In this document: positions 48,230 to 57,523 of the stretch, piece after piece | How the letters are laid out: every line of letters starts with the position of its first letter | Position numbering within the stretch: the stretch's first letter is position 1 | NCBI GenBank assembly: GCA_036676395.1 | Contig: JAKFCY010000002.1 | Location: 320,001 to 384,000, forward strand | Length of the DNA stretch: 64,000 nucleotides | Direction: 5' to 3' | Source of the DNA: Bdellovibrio sp. | GTDB taxonomy: Bacteria; Bdellovibrionota; Bdellovibrionia; Bdellovibrionales; Bdellovibrionaceae | Position numbers and translations under genes: made by a program | The notes under the pieces: generated by a model | The model's input: the letters and a program-made list of their open reading frames with translations, nothing else | What the model was told of the DNA's origin: nothing | The model's database searches: none

Positions 48230-49171
48230 TTATCTTTTTTCGCAGTTTAATTCGTCGTCAACTTTGAATTTATCTTCTAAGTTGTGAATTTCGATAGTTG
48301 CAAGGCTAGGCTGAAAAGTAATTGAAGGCATTTTCGAGAAGGCTCTTAAATCGAAGTCAGCTAGCGGAAGCTGCTTGTAGATCGCGCCATCAGCTAAGTT
48401 CACACCCATGCTGTTTCCTGTCGGCTGGGTTTGGACAGTTACGTTTTTAAATGTACGATCATTCAATTTTAAAATATTAAAAAAGTATACGCCATTCGAA
48501 CCAGCGATTTCGATTTCGCTTGTAGTGCTTTTGCAAGAGTAAAACGTTCTGCCTGTTTTTACAGTTGCGGATTGTAAACATGAAGCGCTGTCAGAAAACA
48601 AACATCCTACAAGTTTGCGTGAGTTTACAGAATCAGTTACTGGCCCTAGTTGAGAAGCATTTTTACGAACCAAGAAATACCAAGCTTCGTGCATCATGCC
48701 GGCTGCGATATCTGTGTTTGATTTTAATTTATTAAAATGTTTGTCATCAATCACTAACTTTTGTTTTAAACGATCAAAGAACATCATGCCAACAAGAGTG
48801 CAGCCAGATTTTTTATAATTTGAATTGGCATCACGAGGTGGTTCTAGTTCGATTCCAGCTTTAAGTGAAATTTTTGCGTTAAAAAGTTTCAGAGCAATCG
48901 CCGTTAATTCACCAGGAAGTGAAGAATCAATCGCTGCCAGCTTATTAGCCGCATGGTTAAATTGAGTCATTACATCTGCATCTGAGCGAGTGATTGATAA
49001 ATCGTAGAGGACTTCGGCTTCCCATAGATCTAAGAGTTCGGTTTTGCCATCAGCGCATTTAAGCGCGCCGCCTCCGCCAGAGTCTACGCCGCCAGATTCG
49101 CTATCGGCAAAGCTTGCGTGAGCAGTTAATGAAATCATCAGGGCTAAGATAAGGTTTAGAGCTTTTTTCAT
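48230..49171 (-). CDS. Secreted hypothetical protein with GGxDSGGG N-terminal motif
   Basis: MKKALN signal peptide (AHA), SGGVDSGGGG..C..LLDLWE, and a MHEAWY motif. Confidence 0.78.
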   Translation of the reverse strand: MKKALNLILALMISLTAHASFADSESGGVDSGGGGALKCADGKTELLDLWEAEVLYDLSITRSDADVMTQFNHAANKLAAIDSSLPGELTAIALKLFNAKISLKAGIELEPPRDANSNYKKSGCTLVGMMFFDRLKQKLVIDDKHFNKLKSNTDIAAGMMHEAWYFLVRKNASQLGPVTDSVNSRKLVGCLFSDSASCLQSATVKTGRTFYSCKSTTSEIEIAGSNGVYFFNILKLNDRTFKNVTVQTQPTGNSMGVNLADGAIYKQLPLADFDLRAFSKMPSITFQPSLATIEIHNLEDKFKVDDELNCEKR

Positions 49172-49416
49172 ATAGGGTTCCTCATGTAAAGACTTTGCGA
49201 CATTTGCGCCAAGCCTGGGGTTAATAGTTTGGTTATGGGTTCTAAGAGACCGTCTACCGTCTTTACATGCGCGCCATGTTTGTTCAGTTAACGACTTCTC
49301 AGTGGGTTGTGAGCCCAATTTAACGCAGCAAGCCATTTAGCTCTATTGTTTAATATTTATAAATCAATGAATTTTATATACAATCAGTTATAAATATTAA
49401 CTAACTATAGGTAATT

Positions 49417-50226
49417 ATGAGAATTTTTGAATTTAACGATTATCGTGATTTTTTGAAAAAACACATTCATTCGCTGCCAAAGCAGGGGCGCGGTGAGATA
49501 TCTAAAATGGCTGAAGCTCTTCAAGTTGCACAACCCCTGATGAGTCAAATTACAACTGGAGTGAAGAACCTTAACTTGGAACAAGCTGACTTATTGTCTG
49601 AATATCTGCATTTTACCGATAAAGAAAAAGCTTATCTGTTTGTGCTCGTGCAAATTGAGCGTGCCGGAAGGCAAACTTTAAAAAAACATTTTATTACTGA
49701 ACGTGAGCGTTTAAAAAAAGACGCCTTAGACGTTCGAACTGTCATTGCTGCGGATAAAAAATTAACTGATGTAGAGAAATCGATTTTTTATTCGAGCTGG
49801 CTTTATCAAGCGGTGCGCTTGTTAACTTCAATGGAAAAACACGAATATTCTAGTGTTGAACAAATTAGTGTAAAGCTTGGTTATGATCGCACAAAGGTGA
49901 GCGAGATTATGTCTTTTTTGTTACAGACAGGTTTGTGCGTGCAAGAGAAGAATCATATTGTTATGGGGCCGTTAAGCACTCACTTAGAGCACACCTCGCC
50001 GCAGCTTGCTCGTCATCATACAAACTGGCGCCATAAAGCGATTCAAAAATTTGACCAGATTTCTGAAGCTGAATTAGTATTTACTGCGCCGATGACTGTA
50101 AGCCGGGCTGATTTTCAAAAAATTCGCGAAGAAATACTGCAGCTTATAAAATCGATGTATAGCACCGTAAAGGCCTCTCCAGGAGAAGAATTAGCCTGTC
50201 TGAATATCGATTTTTTTAAAATTTAG
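49417..50226 (+). CDS. TIGR02147/DUF4423-like HTH protein
   Basis: IFEFNDYRDFL, HTH, FYSSWLY, HHTNWR, CLNIDFF; divergent from the secreted gene. Confidence 0.8.
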   Translation: MRIFEFNDYRDFLKKHIHSLPKQGRGEISKMAEALQVAQPLMSQITTGVKNLNLEQADLLSEYLHFTDKEKAYLFVLVQIERAGRQTLKKHFITERERLKKDALDVRTVIAADKKLTDVEKSIFYSSWLYQAVRLLTSMEKHEYSSVEQISVKLGYDRTKVSEIMSFLLQTGLCVQEKNHIVMGPLSTHLEHTSPQLARHHTNWRHKAIQKFDQISEAELVFTAPMTVSRADFQKIREEILQLIKSMYSTVKASPGEELACLNIDFFKI

Positions 50227-50323
50227 CTCTATGTTTGTCCATAAATTTGACAATCAGGTAACTAGGTAAAAAAATAGCGTTAAATTCACCTTTTCAGAGA
50301 GAAATCTGCTATAAAAAGCCAGA

Positions 50324-51082
50324 ATGAAAAAGCTTATTTCGGCTCTTCTTATTATGAATATGTTGCTGCTAGTTGGCTGTGCCGGTGATGAGCCCTCATC
50401 TAGTAAAAAAACACGCACTGCGCGTAAGGCGAAAAAGGTACTGAGCGAATCTGAAAAAGCTAAATTTATTACACCAACAATTTATTACGTTGCTGATTAT
50501 TCTGCAGAAACACAATGTTCTGATACAGCTGAACTTAACTTAAGAAAATCTAAAAATAATATCGTTAAAATTTCAGTCTGTCGTAAAGTTTTAAAAGGCT
50601 GCACAACGCAGGGAAGTTGTTACATCCAGCTCAGCGGTAAAAAAACGATGCTTAACTATCATAAAAAAGTGAATGGTATGGTTCAGTTTATGTTAGTCGA
50701 TCGCTCTGTGTGTAAATATGGATTAGGGGATTCAAGTGATGCTAAGCAATCATTTAAAATAATGTGCTTAGACCCATTTTATTCAGTGGCCGCAGATACG
50801 GCGATTCATCCGCTGGGTACAGTTATTTACATACCGGCTGTGCGGGGCGCTGCTTTACCCGATGGATCAACTCATGATGGTTATTTTATTGTGCGTGATT
50901 CGGGTGGCAATATTGATGGTCGCGGGCGTTTTGACTTCTTTACAGGCGACGTTGGTCTTAACGCAAGCAACCCGTTTTCAAACCTTGGTCTGGGTGGTGA
51001 GTCGAATTTTGATTATCAAGTTGTCTCAAATAGCGATGCGCAGGGTGTGCGTGAGCGTCGAAAATTTCCGTATTTAAAGTAG
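50324..51082 (+). CDS. 3D-domain (MltA-like) peptidoglycan lipoprotein
   Basis: Lipobox LVGC; SVAAD, DSGG, RFDFFTG (three Asp). Confidence 0.82.
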   Translation: MKKLISALLIMNMLLLVGCAGDEPSSSKKTRTARKAKKVLSESEKAKFITPTIYYVADYSAETQCSDTAELNLRKSKNNIVKISVCRKVLKGCTTQGSCYIQLSGKKTMLNYHKKVNGMVQFMLVDRSVCKYGLGDSSDAKQSFKIMCLDPFYSVAADTAIHPLGTVIYIPAVRGAALPDGSTHDGYFIVRDSGGNIDGRGRFDFFTGDVGLNASNPFSNLGLGGESNFDYQVVSNSDAQGVRERRKFPYLK

Positions 51083-51209
51083 TCTTAAAAATAAATAAAA
51101 TTCTACTTAGTCCTGCTCGATATGCAGAATTCTGCATAACCCACAAGACTGGACGTCTTAGTCGCAATTACGGCTTAATATTATTTGAATTTAAGCCGAA
51201 AAAAGTAAT

Positions 51210-52073
51210 GTGCATTTAGATCCAATGTCGCAAATCTTTTTATATATTCTTGGTTTAGCCCTGTTTACTTGGGTGGCTAAGTATTTTTTCGTTCTGTATT
51301 ACTATCGTAAAAGAAAAGAAGACATCAATAAACTTGAAGCACGTACTGCGGTTTTACGTATGCTGTTAAAGGCAAAATTAAAACGTAAAGGTTCGCAAAT
51401 GCAGGATCAGTACAAAGATGAAAAAGAATTCATGGCCTCGATCATCTCTAAGCTAGATTTGTTAACTACATTTAATTTTAACCGCACTTCAGATTATGAA
51501 GATGTGTTAGAAATTTTGGGTTCGATTTCTGAGGCGATCGATATGCACACTGTGCAGAAAAATCCTGCCTTGTATGTGGCTCAGCAAGAAAAGATCGTAC
51601 AAGATCGTGAAAAGTTATTCCAGACTTCAGGGGTTGAAGTCGCTAAAAAAGATGAAAATGGTGATGCCAAATCAGCTGATGAGATTGAATCAAAAAAGAA
51701 ATCAGTCGTGAATTTACAAGTGCCACAATATGAGCGTTGGTCGCAATTACTGAAGTACGATAAAGGTAATTTATATATTATTAAAGAGATCATCGAGACG
51801 ACTGAAGATTTAAAAACTAAAGTTGATAGCTATAATATCGAGCAAAATGAAAAAGAATTACAGTTACGTGTTCCAGAATTAATTGAAATTGATAGTTTTG
51901 AAGGTTTGCGTTCAATCGTTGATCGTGATCAGGAGCAAGCCAAAGCCGGAAAAGCTGCTAAAAAACAGAATAAGCAAAAAAGCCCTCAGGAAGATCCAGA
52001 TCTATTGGCTCTTGAGGCGGCGACTAAGCCATCATCATCTGATTCGGGTGGCGGGCAAGACGACGCCGCTTAA
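51210..52073 (+). CDS. Hypothetical protein with N-terminal TM helix
   Basis: Long ORF, TM segment then charged helical region; possible sigma28 site TAAT-N15-GCCGAAAA at 51176-51202. Confidence 0.7.
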   Translation: MHLDPMSQIFLYILGLALFTWVAKYFFVLYYYRKRKEDINKLEARTAVLRMLLKAKLKRKGSQMQDQYKDEKEFMASIISKLDLLTTFNFNRTSDYEDVLEILGSISEAIDMHTVQKNPALYVAQQEKIVQDREKLFQTSGVEVAKKDENGDAKSADEIESKKKSVVNLQVPQYERWSQLLKYDKGNLYIIKEIIETTEDLKTKVDSYNIEQNEKELQLRVPELIEIDSFEGLRSIVDRDQEQAKAGKAAKKQNKQKSPQEDPDLLALEAATKPSSSDSGGGQDDAA

Positions 52074-52204
52074 TACAGATGGTTGCGGCGCCATCTAAAC
52101 AAACTCCCATGCATTTAAATACAATATAGACGTCTCAAGCTGTGACAAGTTCGCGGCTTTTTCGCGTTTTCGTCTAACTAAATACTAAAATAACCCATAT
52201 ATAT

Positions 52205-52231
52205 TAAAGTTTTAACGCAGCATGTCGATAA
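52205..52231 (+). promoter_or_regulatory. sigma28 promoter
   Basis: TAAAGTTT-N11-GTCGATAA upstream of flagellin. Confidence 0.8.
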
Positions 52232-52312
52232 TACGTGTGACTATCGAACTGGACTTAAGGCTTGTCTCGGGTTGGCCCATTGAGCAGTTCCATTTAAAAA
52301 AGGAACACACGT

Positions 52313-53140
52313 ATGTCGCTTCGGATAAACACGAACGTGGCCTCGTTCGGCGTGCAAAACGCCATGGCCAAGTCTCAAAGACAAATCGAAAGCTCAATGA
52401 AGAGCTTATCTACAGGATCGCGCTTTGCCGAGATCAGCACTGATCCCGCATCAAAAGCCATATCCGAAGACTTGAAAAGTGATATTTCAGGAATGGATGT
52501 TGCTCGAAGAAATGCCGAGCAAGCCGGAAGTTTCGCCGCTATCGCTGAAGGTGGTATGAGCGAACAGTCTAATTTAATTATTCGAATGCGCGAGCTTGCT
52601 GTGCAAGCTGCTTCAGATACTTACTCAGATAATGAACGCGCGTTTATGCAAAATGAATTTTCAAAACTTCAGGAAGAGGTTGAACGTATTGCACAAACCA
52701 GTGCCTTTGGTTCGCGAAAACTCCTCGATGGAACCTCTACAGATATCGACATTCAAGTCGGAACGAAAGGGGATGTGAATTCGCGTATCACGTTTAATGC
52801 CGACACCGACACGACTCTGTCGGGATTAGGAGTGAGTGGAATTACGGTCGATGATAAATCTGCAGCCAGAGATGCGCTTGAATCGCTGGATGGCGGCTTA
52901 GATAAAATCTCGATGCAAAGATCTAAGTACGGTGCCCTGCAATCACGATTGGAATCCGTGCAGAGTTTCTTAGCTTCTTCGATTGAAAATGTGTCGCAAG
53001 CTAACTCTAAGTTAGCAGATACAGACTTAGCGAAAGAAGTTTCAAACTTACGTAAAAATCAGATCTTGCAGCAGTATCAAAGCGCATTGCTGCAGACTGC
53101 AAATGATCAAATGAACAATGCTTTGCGCCTAATCGCGTAA
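52313..53140 (+). CDS. fliC: Flagellin (divergent copy)
   Basis: MSLRINTN, RMRELAVQAAS, GALQSRLE, DTDLAKE. Confidence 0.92.
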   Translation: MSLRINTNVASFGVQNAMAKSQRQIESSMKSLSTGSRFAEISTDPASKAISEDLKSDISGMDVARRNAEQAGSFAAIAEGGMSEQSNLIIRMRELAVQAASDTYSDNERAFMQNEFSKLQEEVERIAQTSAFGSRKLLDGTSTDIDIQVGTKGDVNSRITFNADTDTTLSGLGVSGITVDDKSAARDALESLDGGLDKISMQRSKYGALQSRLESVQSFLASSIENVSQANSKLADTDLAKEVSNLRKNQILQQYQSALLQTANDQMNNALRLIA

Positions 53141-53180
53141 GATTGTGATCGCCTTTAGCAGAGTGTTTTTAATCAAATCG

Positions 53181-53213
53181 GGCTTTGGTCTAGGCGAAAC
53201 TAGACCAAAAGCC
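53181..53213 (+). terminator. Hairpin downstream of first flagellin
   Basis: GGCTTTGGTCTAG-GCGAAA-CTAGACCAAAAGCC. Confidence 0.5.
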
Positions 53214-53300
53214 AGTCCTTCTCAAAAAAAAGTTTAATTAAATTCAGTAGTTATCTCGCTGACTTGATGTGTCGCGTCAAATAAAAGCTAGACCAAGGGC

Positions 53301-53328
53301 TAAAGTCTACTAGACCATGGTCCGAAAT
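53301..53328 (+). promoter_or_regulatory. Putative sigma28 promoter
   Basis: TAAA-N16-TCCGAAAT about 240 nt upstream of the second flagellin. Confidence 0.5.
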
Positions 53329-53568
53329 AGTTGTTGTACGGAATGGTGATCTAGAAGCGAAGCGAGAAAGTCCAGTTCGATAGTCAAAACTAACGGGCCT
53401 TTCAAAAAATCCTCTAGAGAACTTAAGAAGGAAAACCCTGGCAGTCACCATGGGCCCCTTCTTAAGTTCACAACCTAACAAATACATTTGAATAAGTTTT
53501 TTTATTTTTGGTGGGTTTAACCAAAATATTTAACAACAAACTATTTAGGGAAATAGGGGGATATCAGT

Positions 53569-54396
53569 ATGGGTTTAAGAATATCAACAAACATGGCGTC
53601 GATCTCAGCACAAAGAGCAATGGGAATGCAAACTAAGCGATTAGAAAAAGCATCTCAATCTTTAGCTTCAGGTAATCGTATTACTAAGTCCGCAGATGAT
53701 TCAGCAGGTTTAGCTATCGCAGAGAACATGAGAATGGAAATTCGCGGTACCGTGCAAGCGCGTTCGAATGCATTTAATGCCATCTCGACAATTCAAGTTG
53801 CAGAGGGTGGTTTATCGGAGCAAGCAAACTTAATCGCTCGTCTACGTGAGTTAGGTGTACAAGCTGCATCTGATACAGTGGGTGAAAAAGAGCGTTTCTA
53901 CTTACAACAAGAAGCCGTTTCGATCACAGATGAGATCGAGCGTATTTCTAAAACAACAAAATTCGGTGATAAATTTTTACTAGATGGATCAAATCCTTCA
54001 TACGATTTCCATGTAGGTTCTGATGCTGCAAAAGAAAATGTGATCACATTCACATCTGAAGCAGACGGAACAATCGATGGTTTAGGTTTAACAGGAGTGG
54101 ATATCTCTGAAAAAGATGGTGCCCGTGACATGTTAAGTACACTGGATGGCGCTCTGGAAAAAGTTTCTAGAATGCGTTCAGGATTCGGTGCTGTACAGTC
54201 TCGTTTAGAATCTACTGTTAACGGTTTAGATGTTAAACAAGAAAACTTACAGTCAGCTCGTTCACGCTTAATGGATGCGGACGTTGCCAAAGAATCTGCG
54301 GATTTAGCGTCGGCTTCAATGTTACAACAAGCTTCTATCAGCGTGTTGTCACAAGCCAACCAACAACCGTACCAAGCCATGAAATTGTTAGGTTAA
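53569..54396 (+). CDS. fliC: Flagellin
   Basis: MGLRISTN, ADDSAGLAI, RLRELGVQAAS, DADVAKE. Confidence 0.95.
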   Translation: MGLRISTNMASISAQRAMGMQTKRLEKASQSLASGNRITKSADDSAGLAIAENMRMEIRGTVQARSNAFNAISTIQVAEGGLSEQANLIARLRELGVQAASDTVGEKERFYLQQEAVSITDEIERISKTTKFGDKFLLDGSNPSYDFHVGSDAAKENVITFTSEADGTIDGLGLTGVDISEKDGARDMLSTLDGALEKVSRMRSGFGAVQSRLESTVNGLDVKQENLQSARSRLMDADVAKESADLASASMLQQASISVLSQANQQPYQAMKLLG

Positions 54397-54570
54397 TTTT
54401 AAGTTGAGAAGTGGGGCGCATGAAAGTGCGCCGCCATGAACTTAGACCATTACAGGTTTTAAGTTTTAAGGCCAGCCCGAGGGCACCGCCCCCGAGCTAG
54501 TCTTATAAGTTAAAAGTTTAAATTTAATAGAGTTTTGAGGCTATCGCCCTATTGATAGTTTCTTAAACCC

Positions 54571-54605
54571 GGGCTCTGGCGGTTGTTCGTCAGAGCTTTT
54601 TTTTT
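54571..54605 (+). terminator. Intrinsic terminator
   Basis: GGGCTCTGGCGG-TTGT-TCGTCAGAGCTT followed by a T-tract. Confidence 0.6.
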
Positions 54606-54612
54606 GCCTTTT

Positions 54613-55191
54613 TTAGAAATCTAGTTCATCTGGTGCGATCAAATATTCTCCTGGTTTCACTTCAACGACCTTCTCTTTTTTAGGTTTTTCAGCAGGTTTT
54701 GCTTCACCTTTAATATCAGCCATAGCTTCATCTTGATGTTGAACTTCTGCTTTTTTAGGCGGGGCTTTTTTAGCTTTAATTTCTACGTTTACTTCTGCTT
54801 GCGGAGTTTCGACAACTTCTGCTTCTTCTAATGGAGGCTCTTCCGCATATGCATTTTGTATTAATGGATTTTCGTTGCGGGCCGTAGGGCAAGGTTTCAC
54901 TACGCGGGCTAAAGTGTAACCGGTCATATTTTGTAAAAGGTCATAAGCACACATGCCTGGTTTCATACGGTCAGAAACTAAAACTAAAGAAGCGGTATAT
55001 CTGCGGTCGCAGGCATCAACGATTAAATCATAGCCTTGAAGAGCGGCGATATTTTTTTGGCGAAAAACACATTGATTGTTCTGTAAAATATCCGATGGGT
55101 TTTTAAGGGTGCGGCCCGGTTCAGCCTGAATTTGTGCCTGCGCCATAAAAGAAAATACCAGGGCAAAAGAGAAGAATAAAATGTTTTTCAT
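54613..55191 (-). CDS. Secreted hypothetical protein
   Basis: MKNILFF...AQA signal peptide; four Cys; Glu/Lys/Pro-rich tail. Confidence 0.7.
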   Translation of the reverse strand: MKNILFFSFALVFSFMAQAQIQAEPGRTLKNPSDILQNNQCVFRQKNIAALQGYDLIVDACDRRYTASLVLVSDRMKPGMCAYDLLQNMTGYTLARVVKPCPTARNENPLIQNAYAEEPPLEEAEVVETPQAEVNVEIKAKKAPPKKAEVQHQDEAMADIKGEAKPAEKPKKEKVVEVKPGEYLIAPDELDF

Positions 55192-55420
55192 AACACGCTC
55201 CATTGGTCAAAAGCCAAAAAGTGTAACCCTGTCGAATACACAGACACCGCCATAGCATTTTCTACCGCTATTACGTATCTGAGGGCACCGCCCGCCGACA
55301 TATCTTCTACTTGCGAAGATCCTGCCAAATACACCCTTCGGCGCCATTTCCGAGCTTCGTCATTTAAATCATTCAGGGCACCGCCCCGCAGATCACGCTT
55401 AATTGCACTCGAACGAAGCT

Positions 55421-56017
55421 ATGAATCAACTTACCTTCTTTAAAAGCAAAAATTCAAAAGCTCATGGCGGGGATCCTTCAATAGGAAGAAGACGTTCGAA
55501 GAGAGTGCTAATATTGAAGCGTCCGATGCATGTGACTTTACGTTCTGAATTCGCGTATTCGGGGCGGTGCCTGCTGCGACATCAGAAAATGATTAATAAA
55601 GTTATAAGTAGAGCGGCAAATCGGTTTCGTATTTCTGTTTATGAAAAAGCGATTTGTGGAAATCATCTTCATTTATTAGTGCGAGGTAGAACGCGCTTTG
55701 AAATTCAGAACTTTTTTCGTGTTGTCGCCGGTCATATTGCGCAGAACATTCTAGAGAGTTTTCCAATTCGGGAAAATGAAAAACCTAAGTGGGGCGGTGC
55801 CTCGCGGTTGAGAAAAAATACGTGTCAGCATCCCAAGAACCAGCGAAAGTTTTGGGATGCGCTGATTTATTCGCGAGTGCTTTCGGGATGGGGCCGTGAG
55901 TTCCGTACAGTGAAAAACTATATCGTGCAAAATACGCTGGAAGCTATGGGTGTTATTCCTTATCAGAAGCGTAAAAGTCGCTACGTAACCTATGGCGGGG
56001 CGGTGCCCTCGGGGTGA
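55421..56017 (+). mobile_element. HUH/Y1 transposase (IS200/RAYT-like)
   Basis: PMHVTLRS, GNHLHLLV (HUH), FW..YSR, VKNYIVQN (catalytic Tyr); associated with hairpin repeats. Confidence 0.8.
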
Positions 56018-56284
56018 GTAAGTTTCTCCTCTGAAATTAAATAAAATTTATTTAAATATTTTACTCGACGAATAGGCCTCAGACTAAAAGCTACAGACTA
56101 GATAGCTATTTAGTCTATGAAGACCCAAGTCTGTCATTTATTAGTCCTGCACAGACTAGCTGAGACCATCAGCGGACCAGGAAAATCCTAGACCAAGGTT
56201 GGGAAAATCGCTGGCAAGAGGTCTATTTTTCAAAACCAAAGTCCAGAACACCTCCGCCGAAGGTCTAGATTTACACGACGAGAC

Positions 56285-56311
56285 TAAAGAGCATCACAGA
56301 CTCGCCGAAAG
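56285..56311 (+). promoter_or_regulatory. sigma28 promoter (possible tandem second copy at 56237-56263)
   Basis: TAAA-N15-GCCGAAAG; also CAAA-N15-GCCGAAGG. Confidence 0.65.
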
Positions 56312-56480
56312 GTATATTAAGCAAACGACTCAGACTCGACTGGATGGGCTGGAGATACTTGGTGTTGTGACTGACAACAGGTGTTGACGAAGGACCGTAA
56401 CGGCAGGGTGTAGGTCACCAAAACGTACAAAACCGGACTATATATTGTAGTCCGGTTTAAAAAACAAAAAGAGGTCTAAC

Positions 56481-57314
56481 ATGGGATTAAGAATTTCAAC
56501 AAACGTAGCAGCGATCAATGCACAAAGAACAATGAGTACAAATACTCGTGAGATGCAAAAATCGATGGCTCAATTATCAACTGGTTCACGTATCACTAAA
56601 GCGGGCGATGATGCTGCAGGTTTAGCGATTTCTGAGAACTTAAAATCTACGATTCGTTCATACGGTCAAGCATCAAGAAATGCTAATGACGGTATCTCAA
56701 TGATTCAAACTGCTGAGCAATCAATGGGTGAAATTTCTAACGTGTTAACTCGCGTACGTGAGTTAGGTATCCAAGCTTCTTCTGATACTATCGGTGATCA
56801 AGAACGTAACTTCATCCAATCTGAGGTTAATGCTCTTAAATCTGAAGTACAACGTGTTGCTGAATCTACAACTTTCGGTTCTCGTAAATTATTAGATGGT
56901 TCTGGCGGCGTATATGACATTCACGTAGGTACTTCTGCAAATGCAGCTACTGACTGGATTGGTTATGATGCAACTTCTACTAACGTGTCTATCAGCAACT
57001 TAGGTATCGAAAATCTAGATTTTACTTCTAAAGAGGGTGCTCGTGAAGGCTTAGGCGCTTTAGATCAAGCTCAATTATCTGTGAACGGTTCTCGCGCTAA
57101 TTTAGGTGCTTTACAAAATCGTTTAACTTCAACTGTGGATGTAATCGGAACTATGTCTGAGTCGATGAGTGCAGCAAATTCACGTCTACGTGATGCTGAC
57201 ATCGCTTCAACAACTTCTGAGTTAGCTCGTAACTCTGTATTATTGCAAGGTACGACTTCTGTGTTAGCTCAAGCTAACCAATCGCCGCAAATGGCTTTAA
57301 AATTGATCGGTTAA
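56481..57314 (+). CDS. fliC: Flagellin (probably highly expressed)
   Basis: MGLRISTN, AGDDAAGLAIS, NANDGIS, LGALQNRL; strongly biased codon usage. Confidence 0.96.
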   Translation: MGLRISTNVAAINAQRTMSTNTREMQKSMAQLSTGSRITKAGDDAAGLAISENLKSTIRSYGQASRNANDGISMIQTAEQSMGEISNVLTRVRELGIQASSDTIGDQERNFIQSEVNALKSEVQRVAESTTFGSRKLLDGSGGVYDIHVGTSANAATDWIGYDATSTNVSISNLGIENLDFTSKEGAREGLGALDQAQLSVNGSRANLGALQNRLTSTVDVIGTMSESMSAANSRLRDADIASTTSELARNSVLLQGTTSVLAQANQSPQMALKLIG

Positions 57315-57523
57315 TTAGTTCATATTTGATTAAATTGTTTGGGCGGGGTGCGACCTCGCCCTGCTCAAAAATTTAAATATTGCTTAAGCGGGCTTGGGAA
57401 TCACCAAGTTCGCTTTTTTTGTTTCAAATCCCTTTCATTTACCAGTTTACAGAGGCAATACCTTGTTGCCGCAAGGCAAAAGTGGCTATGGTGGCCATTC
57501 TCTTGGAACTGAAAGGAATCATC

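Larger units (their letters stand above)
54476..56013. repeat. Family of GGGC-ACC-GCCC hairpin repeats (REP-like); outermost pair is a perfect 17-bp inverted repeat
   Basis: Forward copies at 54476-54492, 55281-55293, 55375-55389; reverse copies at 55560-55573, 55791-55804, 55997-56013; CCCGAGGGCACCGCCCC / GGGGCGGTGCCCTCGGG. Confidence 0.8.

Noticed and set aside
53898..54380. 160-aa antisense ORF over the second flagellin
   Set aside because: Fully antisense to a well-conserved flagellin; explained by codon bias.
54476..56013. Repeats read as a CRISPR array
   Set aside because: Copies are short, irregularly spaced, in both orientations, and there are no cas genes.
57415..57445. Fur box upstream of the Fe3+ transporter
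   Set aside because: The AT-rich stretch only weakly resembles GATAATGATAATCATTATC and lacks a clear 7-1-7 inverted repeat.
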